From: Flectonema sp. DT1601 | Taxonomy: Eukaryota | Length of the DNA stretch: 64,000 bases | Assembly (NCBI GenBank): GCA_964019425.1 | Contig: OZ025784.1 | Coordinates: forward strand, 1,550,001-1,614,000 | Direction: 5' to 3' | In this document: positions 1 to 11,819 of the stretch, in pieces | How the letters are laid out: each line of letters begins with the position of its first letter | How positions within the stretch are numbered: the stretch's first letter is position 1 | Position numbers and translations under genes: made by a program | Notes under the pieces: model-generated | The model's input: the letters and a program-made list of their open reading frames with translations, nothing else | Databases searched by the model: none | Told to the model about the DNA's origin: nothing

Positions 1-1
1 C

Positions 2-529
2 AGAAGAAGTAGTCGAAGAGGATTTACAGAACAACGTCCTACTCCATTAATGCAAACAAAGACTCCTGTTGCTCCTCCGATAGTGGAACCCCCTGCAGAA
101 GCACTATCAGAAGCAATGTATTCACCTCCTGCTAGGGATACATTTAATGCTGGTTATCACAATGCTGTTGAAGGTATTCAATCAGAGATCATACAACAGG
201 TTCCTTTATCATCACACAGTCCGGGATCAACGTCAAGTCGTAGAAGGAGGTCGAGGTCTAGAAGATCGCAAGCAGTTGATGCTCCTGGATCTACAACAGC
301 TTCACCGACTAAAAGACGTTCTCGTTCAAGAAGGTCTACAAGAGAAGCGACATCTCCCCCTGTTGCTGGTTTGGCGAAGAGCATAAATGTGAACAGCCCT
401 TCAGGACTAAACTTCTCTAACTATGTCCGTTCAAACGGACCTAGCAATCCTGCAAGTGGGATGTCGCTCGGTGACGCACTTAGAGCACCTCAGTACACCC
501 CTGCAAAGATCTTACCTGGAAGGCACTAA
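2..529 (+). CDS. 3' end of an unknown low-complexity Ser/Arg/Pro-rich protein (5'-truncated by the window edge)
   Basis: The frame of ORF 50..529 is open back to base 2 (RRSSRRGFTEQRPTPLM...). It carries two similar PGST...RRSRSRRS blocks, has coding-like composition and is followed by a T-rich UTR. Confidence 0.75.
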   Translation, partial: RRSSRRGFTEQRPTPLMQTKTPVAPPIVEPPAEALSEAMYSPPARDTFNAGYHNAVEGIQSEIIQQVPLSSHSPGSTSSRRRRSRSRRSQAVDAPGSTTASPTKRRSRSRRSTREATSPPVAGLAKSINVNSPSGLNFSNYVRSNGPSNPASGMSLGDALRAPQYTPAKILPGRH

Positions 530-2356
530 GTAGGTTTATATATAATTCTTTTTCTCGTGTTCGTTCGAATCGTTTTTTTTATTTTGATTAGTTTTATTTA
601 TTTATTTTATTTTTTTACGAGAATTCTTTTGGAGGGAGAGCCTTCCAAATGAAAAAATACTAATTATTTGTGTACGAAAAACAACTCATACAACAAGTGA
701 CTAGAGCTTCCTTCCTAATCTATAAAGGGAGAGATGATCCTCTCTTGTGATCTTTTCTTTGGCATATAAGTTACGAAGGATAAAACATCCGAACAAACCT
801 GACTAGTGCCGACTGATTTCCATTTTCTTTTGTTTGTTCCATGATATTTCTTTTGACCTTTCTTTCCAAATTTCTTTTTCTTGTTCATTGCAGATAGTAG
901 TTAGTACACAAGTCCACATTAGGACTAAGAATTAAATGACCCAGTTGTGGGGTAAGAACGTGTAGATGTTTTCTTAATTTTCCTTGTACGCCTTCCCCCT
1001 CCTCTTGCAAAAAAAAAAAAAATTTAAAAAAGTAAATTAAATAACAACAACAGTAAGCAAGATCATATTATTAACTATTATTTAACAAGAAATGGCGCGA
1101 TCCCTCCCATGTACCAACAGTATCGTTTTTTGTGGCAATGCGTCGTTTAACAAAAGAAGACTAGTCACTCACAGGCTTAAGAGGGAGGAGAAAGAGAGAG
1201 AGTTTGTGTTTATCCATTTAGAGAGCAAGTATTCAAGCAGTATCCTAATTTCTTGAACTTAAAAAAAAAAAAAAAAAAAAACGCACAGTTACCCGACTGG
1301 TGCTGATTGCTTTAACTTTGTTCTTCTTATTGAATCTTTTCTTGACGTTTGAAGTGAAGGCAGATCAGTAAACAATGTTCTACTGATAAGCTGACATTTC
1401 ACTTCGATGGATCTCTTTTGGGTTTTTTGTTATAACTCTCGTCAACTTCATTTTATAAAACCCATCAGCTGACAACATTGTCACTGCGGCAATCAGTTTT
1501 TGAGATATATCTGTTGGCCACTTTCCTTTTTTTTAAGTCTCATCCAGAGCCAGTCGACAATGTAGTCACTGTGTTGCTGTTTTTTTTAATTCAAATGTAA
1601 AAATATATTAAAAAAAAGAAAAAAAAAACAACAACTTCAAGACAAACCTCCTTATTTAAATATTGGGATATGGTGATTCTATTTTTTTTTTTTTTTGTGT
1701 TGCGACAGTAGAAGTTGAGTAGCTAAAGCCACGTCTGCGATAAGTTTTATTTAGGAGATACGACCACCCCCCCCGTGTATGACCTTCTTAGTGTCTCTGC
1801 TTTAGTTGGCTGCTGAAACTGACGCAGTTGGCGTTTTTATTTTTATATTTATGTCATACGTAATCAATGTCGAAACACATCATTTTCGATATTATATTGG
1901 CGCTTAGCGTACGAAAAGTTGTTTTGTTGGTTTTTTCGGTTGATTCGTTCGCAGTTTATTTATTTATTTTTTTATTTTTACATCCATTCCGAAAGCACGC
2001 CAAGTATCTCGTTTCCCTAACCCCGTAGTTGACATCTTACAATCTTTTGATTGCTAAGGATAGCCATATGCGTACATCGATATACCTGTGAGGTCGGTTA
2101 CTGGACGACACAAGCCCATTCCCTGTAACCCCTACTTACTTGCAAAACGTCAGTCAGTGGTACTCAGCGTTTGACTGAATGTAGATTGGGTGGCAATCCA
2201 TTCTTTATCCATACTTAAACTAACTCGTAGTTTATTATGCACCGTCCGATATCAATGAACAGCAAAAACAACAACAACAACAACAACAACCAACCAACGA
2301 GAGTTCTTTTTTTCTGTGAAAGTTTCATTGTTTGTTCTCCCTGTCTTTTTCTCTTC

Positions 2357-2388
<32 letters not shown>

Positions 2389-3125
2389 GATCTTGTTCTT
2401 TTCTAAAAAAATGTTGTAACTGTTCCCCCACGCATCCATCTTGTGCGAAAGCACTAATAAAAAGAAAGGGAAGGATTAAAAAAAAAAAAATGTATAAAGG
2501 TTTTTCGTTGTCAAACGTAAACAATCGAGTGAAGGAAAACAAAACAAAACAAAAATAAAACAAAAAGAACAAAATAAAATTGTGTCTGTACCAGAAACTG
2601 TGATTACCGTTCCCTTCAACTATTCCCCGCCCTCAAATAGTCTGCGTCTTGTACTCCCTCTCGTGCAGGTTAAGTCCGGCTTGTTTAAAAAAAACGACGA
2701 AAAATGATTCGACGGGACGTATCTGTCTTCGACTGGTGTCCGTCTTCTGTCAAAAGTTTCTCCAGCAAAAATGTTGGAGCACTTGAGCGAACTGCGCTCT
2801 TCTTACACAAAACGTAGTTCTGTTTTAATAACAAAGATCGGTTCAGAAATATTAGTTAAACTGAGAAAGGTTGTTCGTCATTGCTGAATTCAGTTAATAA
2901 TAGGTTTTCATTTTTTTCTTTTTCCTTTTTGTGGACTTTCCTGTACTTTCCCAGTTTCCCCCATACTTTCTTATTTGTATTTCCTTTTTTTTTTTTTTTT
3001 TTTATCCAAGAAAAAAAAAAAAAAAAAGTATTGAGTATTTCTTTATTTTTTTTCTCTTTCAACCAATAACCCTCTCGGGGAAGTTTAATTTTATTTTTAT
3101 TTTATTAAATCAGAGGAAGCAGCAG

Positions 3126-4010
3126 ATGAGATCATGGTTGTCGGTGATTAGGGGTTCTATAGCTCAAGTTAGAAACGGTATGGGATCGACTTTCAGTAAG
3201 AGAAGCGCTCACACTGCTGCAGCAGCAGCAGCAGCAACACCGAGTAGAGAACAGGTACCTGGACTGCAGCAAGTATGGGAATCGATGTCTAGATTTAGAG
3301 ACAGCTCTCCTTCTGATGTTGATATGGATGAGATAGGTTCGTTTCTTAATAATTTGAAATTCTCAGATCTTCGGATCAACACAATCTCACCTTCTCAATT
3401 AAAAGAAATTGGTTGCATGACATTAGCAAGCACACCCTACTACAATATATGTTTCTTTTTTATACCACCTGGCAAGTCACTTACCCTACATGACCATCCT
3501 GGGATGGAAATCGCACAAAAAGTTATTTGTGGTCAAATTCGCATTGACGGATACGATTGGGTAGCCCCAAGGAATTATGAAGGAAGTGGTTGTCCGGAAG
3601 TTGTAGAAGCAGGATTAGCGTTTAATGTGTATCAGCAGATCTGTACATCAGAGAGTGAATCTGTTAGAATACGACCTCATCAAGGAGGAATATTACATGA
3701 GATTCAAGCTGTTGGTAATGAAGTAGCTGGTTTTGTGGATATTGTAACCCCGCCTTACAATCCTCCACATATCGAGTGTACGTTTTACGAAGCGTCTCCT
3801 CCGCTAACAGTCGATTCCATTGCAGACACTAGTATGCCTCCTGCTGCACTTGCTGCCCTTCCACCACATCACAGAAACAACCTGTCAGATCTTATTAGTA
3901 ATTCAGAACATTCGTTGCATGTTCTCACTCCAAGAACTGACTTCTTTGGGCCACCTATGACTAGTTTTCGACCTGTTAGACTGCCATGGATGACAAGTCC
4001 GGAACCTTAA
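3126..4010 (+). CDS. Cysteamine dioxygenase / plant cysteine oxidase (PCO_ADO cupin) family protein, 294 aa
   Basis: Motifs LHDHPGM, GGILHEI and DIVTPPY...CTFY are typical of ADO/PCO. The ATG at 3126 follows a T-rich tract and CAG. The upstream poly-F/poly-K part of the ORF is homopolymer noise. Confidence 0.85.
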   Translation: MRSWLSVIRGSIAQVRNGMGSTFSKRSAHTAAAAAAATPSREQVPGLQQVWESMSRFRDSSPSDVDMDEIGSFLNNLKFSDLRINTISPSQLKEIGCMTLASTPYYNICFFFIPPGKSLTLHDHPGMEIAQKVICGQIRIDGYDWVAPRNYEGSGCPEVVEAGLAFNVYQQICTSESESVRIRPHQGGILHEIQAVGNEVAGFVDIVTPPYNPPHIECTFYEASPPLTVDSIADTSMPPAALAALPPHHRNNLSDLISNSEHSLHVLTPRTDFFGPPMTSFRPVRLPWMTSPEP

Positions 4011-4187
4011 TCTGATTTAGTCGCTGTCAGGATCAGCAATTAGATATGAGGACTTCCTCTTGGGTATCACTCACTAGTGAAAAACAGCTCCCCCTTAGTA
4101 GTCGTATACAACGTATCAATCGCCACTCTCTCGGTCATTTGTTAATTCTAAGCGAGTGGGTAGGTGCGAGTTGTATTTCGGGAATGT

Positions 4188-4222
<35 letters not shown>

Positions 4223-4864
4223 CCACCTATTAAGATGACCACCCATTATATACGTTTGTGGGTTGAGTGGTGTGGATTGCTGCAGCTGGTAATTGATTAA
4301 CATTTCCACAAGCAATAAAGTACGCAATGTCGCTGTCTATTTCTTTTGTCACACAACTTGATTTAGACGAAGCAGAGAATCGTCAGATAGCTGGCAACAT
4401 CGTATGTGTCGAAGTAGTTCTTTCTTCCTTTGTTTTAAATTTAAAGGTCTTGTGTGGCTGAGAATCAGTGATCAAGAGAATTATTCCCCAGCTGTTACAT
4501 TTAAGCCACTTGCACTGTACTATTCTCAACACGCAAATTTTCGTCTGTTAGCACTTCGTTGTTGTTTCGTTTTTTTTTATTATTTTATTTTCCCCCTTCA
4601 TTTTTTTTTTTTTTTTCCTTTTTCTTTTGTGTGTTTTTTCCCATCAGTATTCTTGCTTTTGCCAACGACCCAAAAAAAAGAGAATAATAAAAAAAAAATT
4701 ATAGGCAGTTTAGTGATGCAAGACATCAAAAAAAAAAAAAAAAACTTATATTTTTTAAGTATAAAAAGGTAAATACCGTATTTTTTTTTCCCCGTTGGGT
4801 ATTAATACTTTGGTAGCATCGCATGAACGTCGCTCTCAACTGATGAAGTGTGAGAATGAAGTTA

Positions 4865-4897
<33 letters not shown>

Positions 4898-5140
4898 GAA
4901 AAACTCTTATTTCCACCAAAATAATTTTGCGAAACTGTTTTTTGTAGAACTAACAGTTTTCCCAAAAAATAAAAATAAAAAGAAATAAGGTTTACATCAT
5001 AAAAACACAATACAATAATAATGATGTATGTTATAACTAAAATAGAAGGTGACGGGCAATATGAATTGATGTGTTGCTCAAAAAAATCTGAGATGCTATT
5101 TTATACAATATTCATTCACTTCTTCAGACACAATATCGAT

Positions 5141-7051
5141 ATGGCGGGTCGTCACATGCATAGGAGAGCTTCGGCTCCAAGACCTCATGTACACCCGCAT
5201 ATCCTACACTTGAGATTCCCTGAGGAAGATCAAAATCGAATTCAGAGAGTGGCGACACCACCAACAGCATCCGCAAAGTCTCGAAGTCCAAAAGATCAAT
5301 TGCAGGCATTCTCTTCAGTGTTGGTTGATGAGTCTCGTATGACTCTTCGAGTCATCGATGTATTCCCTGCTAAAGTAGACAGAGAAGGATCATCTCTCCC
5401 ATTAGAAGACTGTGAATGGTGTCTAACTGCTAGCTGTTTACGAAGAAGTAGAAGCACTAGACTACGAAAGGTATTAATGAAAATGCTTGATGCACTTCAA
5501 GAATGGGATGACTATTGTAGAATGAGAGAACAATCTCTATCACATACACACAGTCCAACCATTACAGGAAAGCGAAGGATAACTGAGCTTGATAAGGTTA
5601 AGTTTGATGTAGAGTTGCAGAGATATCAAGTACGTCGAAATCGAAAACCAACTAAGATAAGTAAAAGTCATTTTAATAAAATGCTTCAACTCGCTGACTC
5701 ACCTCAACAACGAGAAGAGATCATTTCATGGAAGATGAGAAGTAGTTTAGAATTCGATTCTGAGAATGATGAAGGAATAAAGAAGATGCTCGACCAGTCA
5801 GAGCAACACGACTGTAGCGAAGGCGGAAGCAGCGAAGGAACCCCCCGACTACAAACACCAAAGCAAGACATATTACCAACCGTAGGAAATGGATTTGCTA
5901 CGAGTGAACGCGTTCCAATAGACAGCGAAGAAGAAGACCCGGGGCTGTCATCTGTGTCTTCCTTAGCGACAACTGTTACGAATGCCCCTACGACACCAAT
6001 TGCAAACTTCCAAAAAGCTTCTCTAAAAGTTGATCTTCGGTCTCTTCTCGGATTCGGAGCCCACGGCCGCGTCTACCTCGGCCAACTAGAAAGCTCTTCC
6101 TTTGCTCAACCAAAACAAGTAGCAGTCAAGAAGGTTGACTACACTGTAAAACATAAGAAAAAATGTTCTCTTTTAAAGTCTGAACTCGCAATTTGGAAAA
6201 GTCTAGCCCCTTGTAAGTACATTGTAAAATACTACGGCCACCTGTATAACAAAAAGGAGAGTTGTTATTCAATTGTGATGGAATATTGTAATTTCGGAAG
6301 CATTCAAGACTTATTAAATAGACTATGGTTTATGAATGAAAGTACGTCGGGTTTGTTTTTATCGACGGGACAGATGTCGAAAGAAACGTTGGAAGATGTG
6401 TACGCAACTAGCAGTTGTTGTACTTCTGAAGTGAGTTCTATGATTTCACAGACGGGGTCATTTCCTACTCAAGATTCACACATTGATAGCAACTGTTCTC
6501 ATGCTGCTGGTGGGATAAATGTTACTTCAGAAAGACCGTTGTTACCGTACTTAACATCTCGGAGGGTTGTCGCTCATCTCTGTCGGGCAGTAGAATTCTT
6601 GCATGCTCAAAACATCATTCATAGAGATATAAAGATATCAAACATCTTACTGTCACCTGATGGATACCTCAGGCTATGCGATTTCGGAGTCTCAACAAAA
6701 ATGAGATCTGAAAACAGCGTTAGAAATAGTTGTGTTGGTACTCTTGGTTATCTCGCCCCTGAAGTGATTCAGGAAATGCCTCACTCGACGGCAGCTGATA
6801 TTTGGTCATTGGGATGTACAATGCTTGAATTATTAAGTGGAAAGAAACCATATTCTGACTTGAATGCTGGAGCTGTTTTGATGAGAACTGTGAATGATCC
6901 TCATCCTGCTATCCCGGGTCATCTATCGGAGGATTCGAAGTCCTTTCTTCACAGCTGTCTCGTTAAGGACCCTTCCTTGAGATGTACTGCTTCTCAGCTA
7001 CTCTCACATCCTTTATTATATCCTGTTTTAGAACAAATCATCGTTGAGTAA
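5141..7051 (+). CDS. Ser/Thr protein kinase, STE group (STE11/MAP3K/Cdc15-like), with a long N-terminal extension
   Basis: Contains LGFGAHGRVY, VAVKK, HRDIKISN, DFG, GTLGYLAPE and ADIWSLGCTMLELLSGKKPY. Likely start is MAGRH at 5141, after the pyrimidine-rich acceptor ttcacttcttcag (5127). Confidence 0.9.
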   Translation: MAGRHMHRRASAPRPHVHPHILHLRFPEEDQNRIQRVATPPTASAKSRSPKDQLQAFSSVLVDESRMTLRVIDVFPAKVDREGSSLPLEDCEWCLTASCLRRSRSTRLRKVLMKMLDALQEWDDYCRMREQSLSHTHSPTITGKRRITELDKVKFDVELQRYQVRRNRKPTKISKSHFNKMLQLADSPQQREEIISWKMRSSLEFDSENDEGIKKMLDQSEQHDCSEGGSSEGTPRLQTPKQDILPTVGNGFATSERVPIDSEEEDPGLSSVSSLATTVTNAPTTPIANFQKASLKVDLRSLLGFGAHGRVYLGQLESSSFAQPKQVAVKKVDYTVKHKKKCSLLKSELAIWKSLAPCKYIVKYYGHLYNKKESCYSIVMEYCNFGSIQDLLNRLWFMNESTSGLFLSTGQMSKETLEDVYATSSCCTSEVSSMISQTGSFPTQDSHIDSNCSHAAGGINVTSERPLLPYLTSRRVVAHLCRAVEFLHAQNIIHRDIKISNILLSPDGYLRLCDFGVSTKMRSENSVRNSCVGTLGYLAPEVIQEMPHSTAADIWSLGCTMLELLSGKKPYSDLNAGAVLMRTVNDPHPAIPGHLSEDSKSFLHSCLVKDPSLRCTASQLLSHPLLYPVLEQIIVE

Positions 7052-8645
7052 GGTGATAGTTATTCTCATGTCCCTTTCCCCTGATTGTATTTATTTGACT
7101 ACACTCCCGATTACAAAGGGACACTCATGCTACCTGTAGAAGGTAAAAGGGAGGATAGTTGGAATTGAAATTGTGAAAGAAAAAAGAAAACCTCCTCCCG
7201 AGGGAGTACACCGAATGCCGTTATTCACATATTACCGAGTTGTCATTTTCGTAAATCGTAAATGTGTTCTCCACATACTAAACAATGAAGAAAAGTATTA
7301 GAAAAAAAAAAAACAACAACAAAAGAAAAAGAACAGAGCAGCTGTACTGATTTACTAGCTGTGAATTCTTCCTTTTTAAGTTTTGTTTGGTTTTGGTTTA
7401 GTTTCTGTAAGCTTCCCTTTCTGGGACACTTATCTTTTTTAAATTTTTTTTTCCTTTTTTTTCTCCCCTCCCGTTTCGTTCACGTTTTATTCTCTCAATA
7501 CCTCACACTGGCAACTTTCACATTTAATGTTTACATTTGAGTGGAGTGTTGTAATCCATAATTTTATTTTGTCGTATCTGTAAAAGTTAAGTAGGGTTGC
7601 CAGAAATTCTGAGCAAAAAGCCGAACCTGATTAACATCCAACTGTTATATAAAACTCTACCCCGTTGGTAGTGTAAACGAGTGTTTTAAAAAGGGAATGT
7701 AAAAGGGTCATTCCCTTCACCCTTAAGATTCAAAATCAACGAAACGATTTATTTATGTTTTTTTAAAAACGTTGACCTGTTTGTGAAAGAGAGTATTCAC
7801 ATCAGGGTGTTATGTTCGCCTCTGTTTTGGGTTATGGTATTTTAATTTATTTTTTGCAAAAACGCATTTGGGAAAGCAAGTTCTCTGTTTGCAAATACGC
7901 TGTGAACCTCTTCAAGCTAATGCGGGGGTCACTTATTCGTGTTTTTATTTTTATTCTTACGCACCTAGCAGGTGTATATGTTGATTTTGTTTATACTAAT
8001 GAAATCGTTTTTTATCTGTGGAGGATGACACTTTTTTTTTTTTTTTTTTTTCTCCCTCAAACAAAATAAATTTCTTATCGAAACCTTTTATTTATCTTTT
8101 GCTGTGATTCGAATGAATTTTGCTTGTTTAATTTAATTTAACTTTTCTTTTATTATTACCGCTTTGTCCCTCCTAGAGCACGACGTTGGATTGCATAACT
8201 AAACAACTAATGCAATAAAATAGTTTTATATTGTTTTAATGTATAGAAACACATAGCGCAATGGACTCCCAAGCATGGGAAGTTCTCTCCGGGGAATTGT
8301 GATCACTTTTTCTAGCTTTAATTCCCTCCTGTGTATTTTATTGTAATGATTGGTATCTCTTTATCTAACTGGAAGATGTGATCTTCTGTTTCTGTAACTT
8401 GTCTAATGGACGATAACAACTACAGCAGCTCATAACCCAAATGATGAAGAACAAAGCCGCTCAGTTCTTCTTCTATTCTACTTCCCTACCTGCGATTTAT
8501 AACACTGAAGTTAACTTTTCTATTGCAAGCGAGAGTATGTATCGGTCGGATCTTGCATATAAAATTTAAACAAAAAGTAACGTCCGCGACGACCACATGT
8601 CGAGCGGCGTTTAGAACCCAGTAATCTTAGTTCACGAGCGTTTGT

Positions 8646-8690
<45 letters not shown>

Positions 8691-10913
8691 TTTTGTAGTC
8701 CGTGTCGATGCCAGTCGAGCGGCGTGCGTCTACCGCACTGACTTGCACTCAAAAAAGCGGAAACAACAGCGATCTCGGTATCTAAGGTTACGTGAGAAAA
8801 TTGATAACTCTGTTTCGTGAGAGCTTTTCATAGCAAGGTTTGCGTATTTAAAAACCGACGATTAATTCCTTCGGTTGGACGTATCCTTTAAATCGTTTTC
8901 TCGATGCGAGTTCCTTAGTACCTGAGGAATTTTTTTTTTTTTTTTTTTTTTGGCTTAAATTCAACAAGTCACAGCCATTAGCTTGGTTTTATTTCACATC
9001 TTCATTCGTACACACATTGATGAGATAAAATAGTTTTTTTACTTGGGGAGTGGTTTATTTTACTATTCGGACTTTTATTTTCACTTGATTTGTTGTTTTT
9101 GCCTTTACATGTTAACCCCCCTTGTTTCATTTATTTTAAAGGCTTAGAGTCCTCTACGAAGACGGACGATTATTGTCGGCTGGTTAGGTTCAGCGACTTA
9201 CAAAAAAAAAAAAAGATAAAGATAAACAATAGCTTGACACTACTTTAGTTCTTCCCCGTAGTGTTGTGATAGAGTTGTTAATTACGCGAAACTTACAAAC
9301 TCAAAATCGTACCATTTTCTTTAGTTTGTTTTACTACGACATTTAAACAAAAATTATGTGAAATTCGATTCTGTTTTTTTTTTTCTGCGCTCATTGCATT
9401 GTTGCTTCGCTCTACCACAGCGGAGCGGCATTTCTTTTTGCTGCGTCTCTTCACAGTTTCGTTCCTGACAAAAAAAAAACCAGGAGTTTGTTCTCTAATG
9501 TCGTTCACTTGGCGTTTTTTTTACTTTCTTGTTTTTAAGTAAAAAGAAATTCTGATTGCGAGCAAGTGTGCTTTTTTATTTATTTTTTTATATTTTTTGA
9601 TTTGGTATTACTGTGGAGCATGCACTTTATAAAGCCTCCCCCTCAATTTTTGTTTTATCGAGTTGCAATCGCACAGTGTCTTAATGCCTTGATCATTCAT
9701 TCGATTTCTTTCCCTTTGATAGTTTTATTTTGATGAGGACAACAGGTGAATTCAATTACACACTTGTAACTAATTGATTTTTACCTCCCTCAAGTCCTCG
9801 TTTTGATGGACGCTACCTACAGAGTTAATGTCATGTATATGGCACAATAATTCTTTATACTAATTAATATTTGTGTTTCTTTTGTTATTTTTTAAAGGTG
9901 TCAGCGAGGATACCTTTCCCATGTTCGAATCGGTAGTTATTATTTGTATCTGTATAGGAAATACAAATATTTTAGCTGCATCACCACCACCCCTTTTATA
10001 GTAAAGATCTCTGAGAATGTAACGACGCACGTTACAAAAATAATCTTTTGCAATTGTTTGCAGCACGTAAATCCTTTTTTTTTTTTTTTTTTCAAATTCT
10101 TTTATGGCCCCTTAACTGTTTTGGTTTCGTGCACAAACACAAGAAGTTGTAGTTTTTTCACATTTTTTTTTTCTTTTTTAAAAAAACGAAATAATTATTT
10201 CAAATAATGGATGGCGGCTGTCTATTCGTGGCTTCTCCGATTCCAACAATGAAAACAAGATAAGAAAGAAAAAAGAAAAAAAACAAATACAAACATACAA
10301 TTCGCTTCCCACAGTCCGTTTCCCGTATAGCTCTTTTTTTTTTTTTTATTTTAAAAAAAAATTATTTTTGTATTTAGCTGTTACTTTTTATAATTCTTTT
10401 TGCGGTGGGGGTAAATCCCATACCATGCAAGGAAAAAAAACAAAACAAAACAAAACCAAACCAAACCAAACCACTAAATAGACACGAAATCCCTAGCTTC
10501 GCGTTCTAACCACTGCGAACCACTGCATCATGTTGAAAATAAAATTGATTGTGTGAGTTAGGTTGATTGTGTCGGAACTTTCTGACTGCTAATAACAGAG
10601 GGGGTTGAATTAATTATACGTCGCATCAGAACCTTCTCAGGCCTGATAAATACACCAACCAGAAAAAAAAAAAAAGCAAAACTTTCGGAGCACTAACTCC
10701 TATTATTAAAAAAAAAACAACCTAAAAAAAAAAAAAATGACACCACAAGTTAGTTTTGCAAAATCTTAAGTATGATTTGATAAATATTTTTTAAATTATA
10801 TAAAAAAAAAAAAAAAAAAAAAATTGTCTTGCGGAACCTCTCTTTTATTTTATTTCATTTTATTTGACCAGTACCCATATTCATAAGATAGAGAGAACAG
10901 AGAATACCAACAA

Positions 10914-11558
10914 ATGTCAAACGAAGACTATCATAAAGCACTAATGGAAGGACTCGGTGATATCGACGATGACGGGTGTAATATCGGAGAGAGAATGTGT
11001 AAGAGAGTAGCTGCACCTACTCCAACCAAACAACCAGAAAAATCAGAACAAAAACCAAACGACGACCCCCAAGAAACCACCGAATACTACAGCGGGTATG
11101 GTGACTATGCTGTCTACGGTACGTTAGAAACAATTCAAGAAGTAAAAAAAGAATCAGATATTGATCAATTAAAAAATAACTTCAAGGAGTTAATATCATC
11201 CCACTCTGGTAGAGGATCATCATCAGTAAGAGAACTACGAAGCATTCCCAATGACATAACAGACCTCTGTACTATGATGACACCATCAGAGGCAGCATAC
11301 TGCGTTAACTCTCCCGATACGAAAGCCTCTGCTGCTGGTAAGTTGGCTGCAAAAACTGCGATTTGTGAAGCATTGCAAATACCGTCAAGTCCTGAAAATA
11401 TGAAATCAATCGAAGTATTGGCATCGTCATCACAAGCTCCTTCAGCTCTCCTTGAGGGTCAAGTAAAAACTGTTGCAGACGCTGCTGGTGTGAAATCAAT
11501 TAAAATAACAATCTCACACAGTGGTGATGTAGCGGTAGCAGCAGCTTGTTTATTCTAG
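10914..11558 (+). CDS. 4'-phosphopantetheinyl transferase (AcpS / fungal FAS PPT-domain-like) protein with degenerate catalytic motifs
   Basis: The C-terminal half (TPSEAAYC...ASAAGKLAAKTAICEAL...IEVL...AP...L.G......AGVKSIKITISHSGDVAVAAA) follows the AcpS/FAS-PPT pattern. Confidence 0.75.
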   Translation: MSNEDYHKALMEGLGDIDDDGCNIGERMCKRVAAPTPTKQPEKSEQKPNDDPQETTEYYSGYGDYAVYGTLETIQEVKKESDIDQLKNNFKELISSHSGRGSSSVRELRSIPNDITDLCTMMTPSEAAYCVNSPDTKASAAGKLAAKTAICEALQIPSSPENMKSIEVLASSSQAPSALLEGQVKTVADAAGVKSIKITISHSGDVAVAAACLF

Positions 11559-11819
11559 GGAAGTGTTTGTACTTCTTCAACTGTCTGTATCTGTGCTAAT
11601 AATTGAGTCTGATTCTAGTACCCAATGTCCCTTTGTGAGTGCCACATAGAGAGACTACTTGCTGTTCCAGTTTGGGATATGTGTTGAGAGTGTGTTCTTT
11701 ATTTGTTATTGTTTTTGTTTTTGTTTAGATATCAAAATGTCGATCGTTGGCTTGAAGGAAATAGAAAAAACAAACAAACAAAAAAAAACGATAATAAACT
11801 CATCTCTTCAGAAATTGAT

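Noticed and set aside
2012..2026. ccctaaccc telomere/telomerase-template-like word
   Set aside because: A single 9-mer with no array or supporting structure.
2215..3069. Short ORFs rich in poly-K/poly-F (also at 4046-4772, 7812-10207, 31608-36314, 44445-46750 and 57310-60170)
   Set aside because: These are translations of A/T homopolymer tracts in intergenic DNA, with no protein motifs.
7395..7415. gtttctgta resembling the spliced-leader exon
   Set aside because: Too short; it lacks the rest of the leader, the GTATG donor and an Sm site.
7508..7603. Inverted repeat ctggcaac/gttgccag resembling DNA-transposon termini
   Set aside because: Only 8 bp, facing outward, with no TSD or transposase.
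7590..7645. TPP-riboswitch-like words (gggttgc...ctgag...gaacctgat)
   Set aside because: The P2/P4/P5 pairings and the 3' GCGxAGGGA segment are missing.
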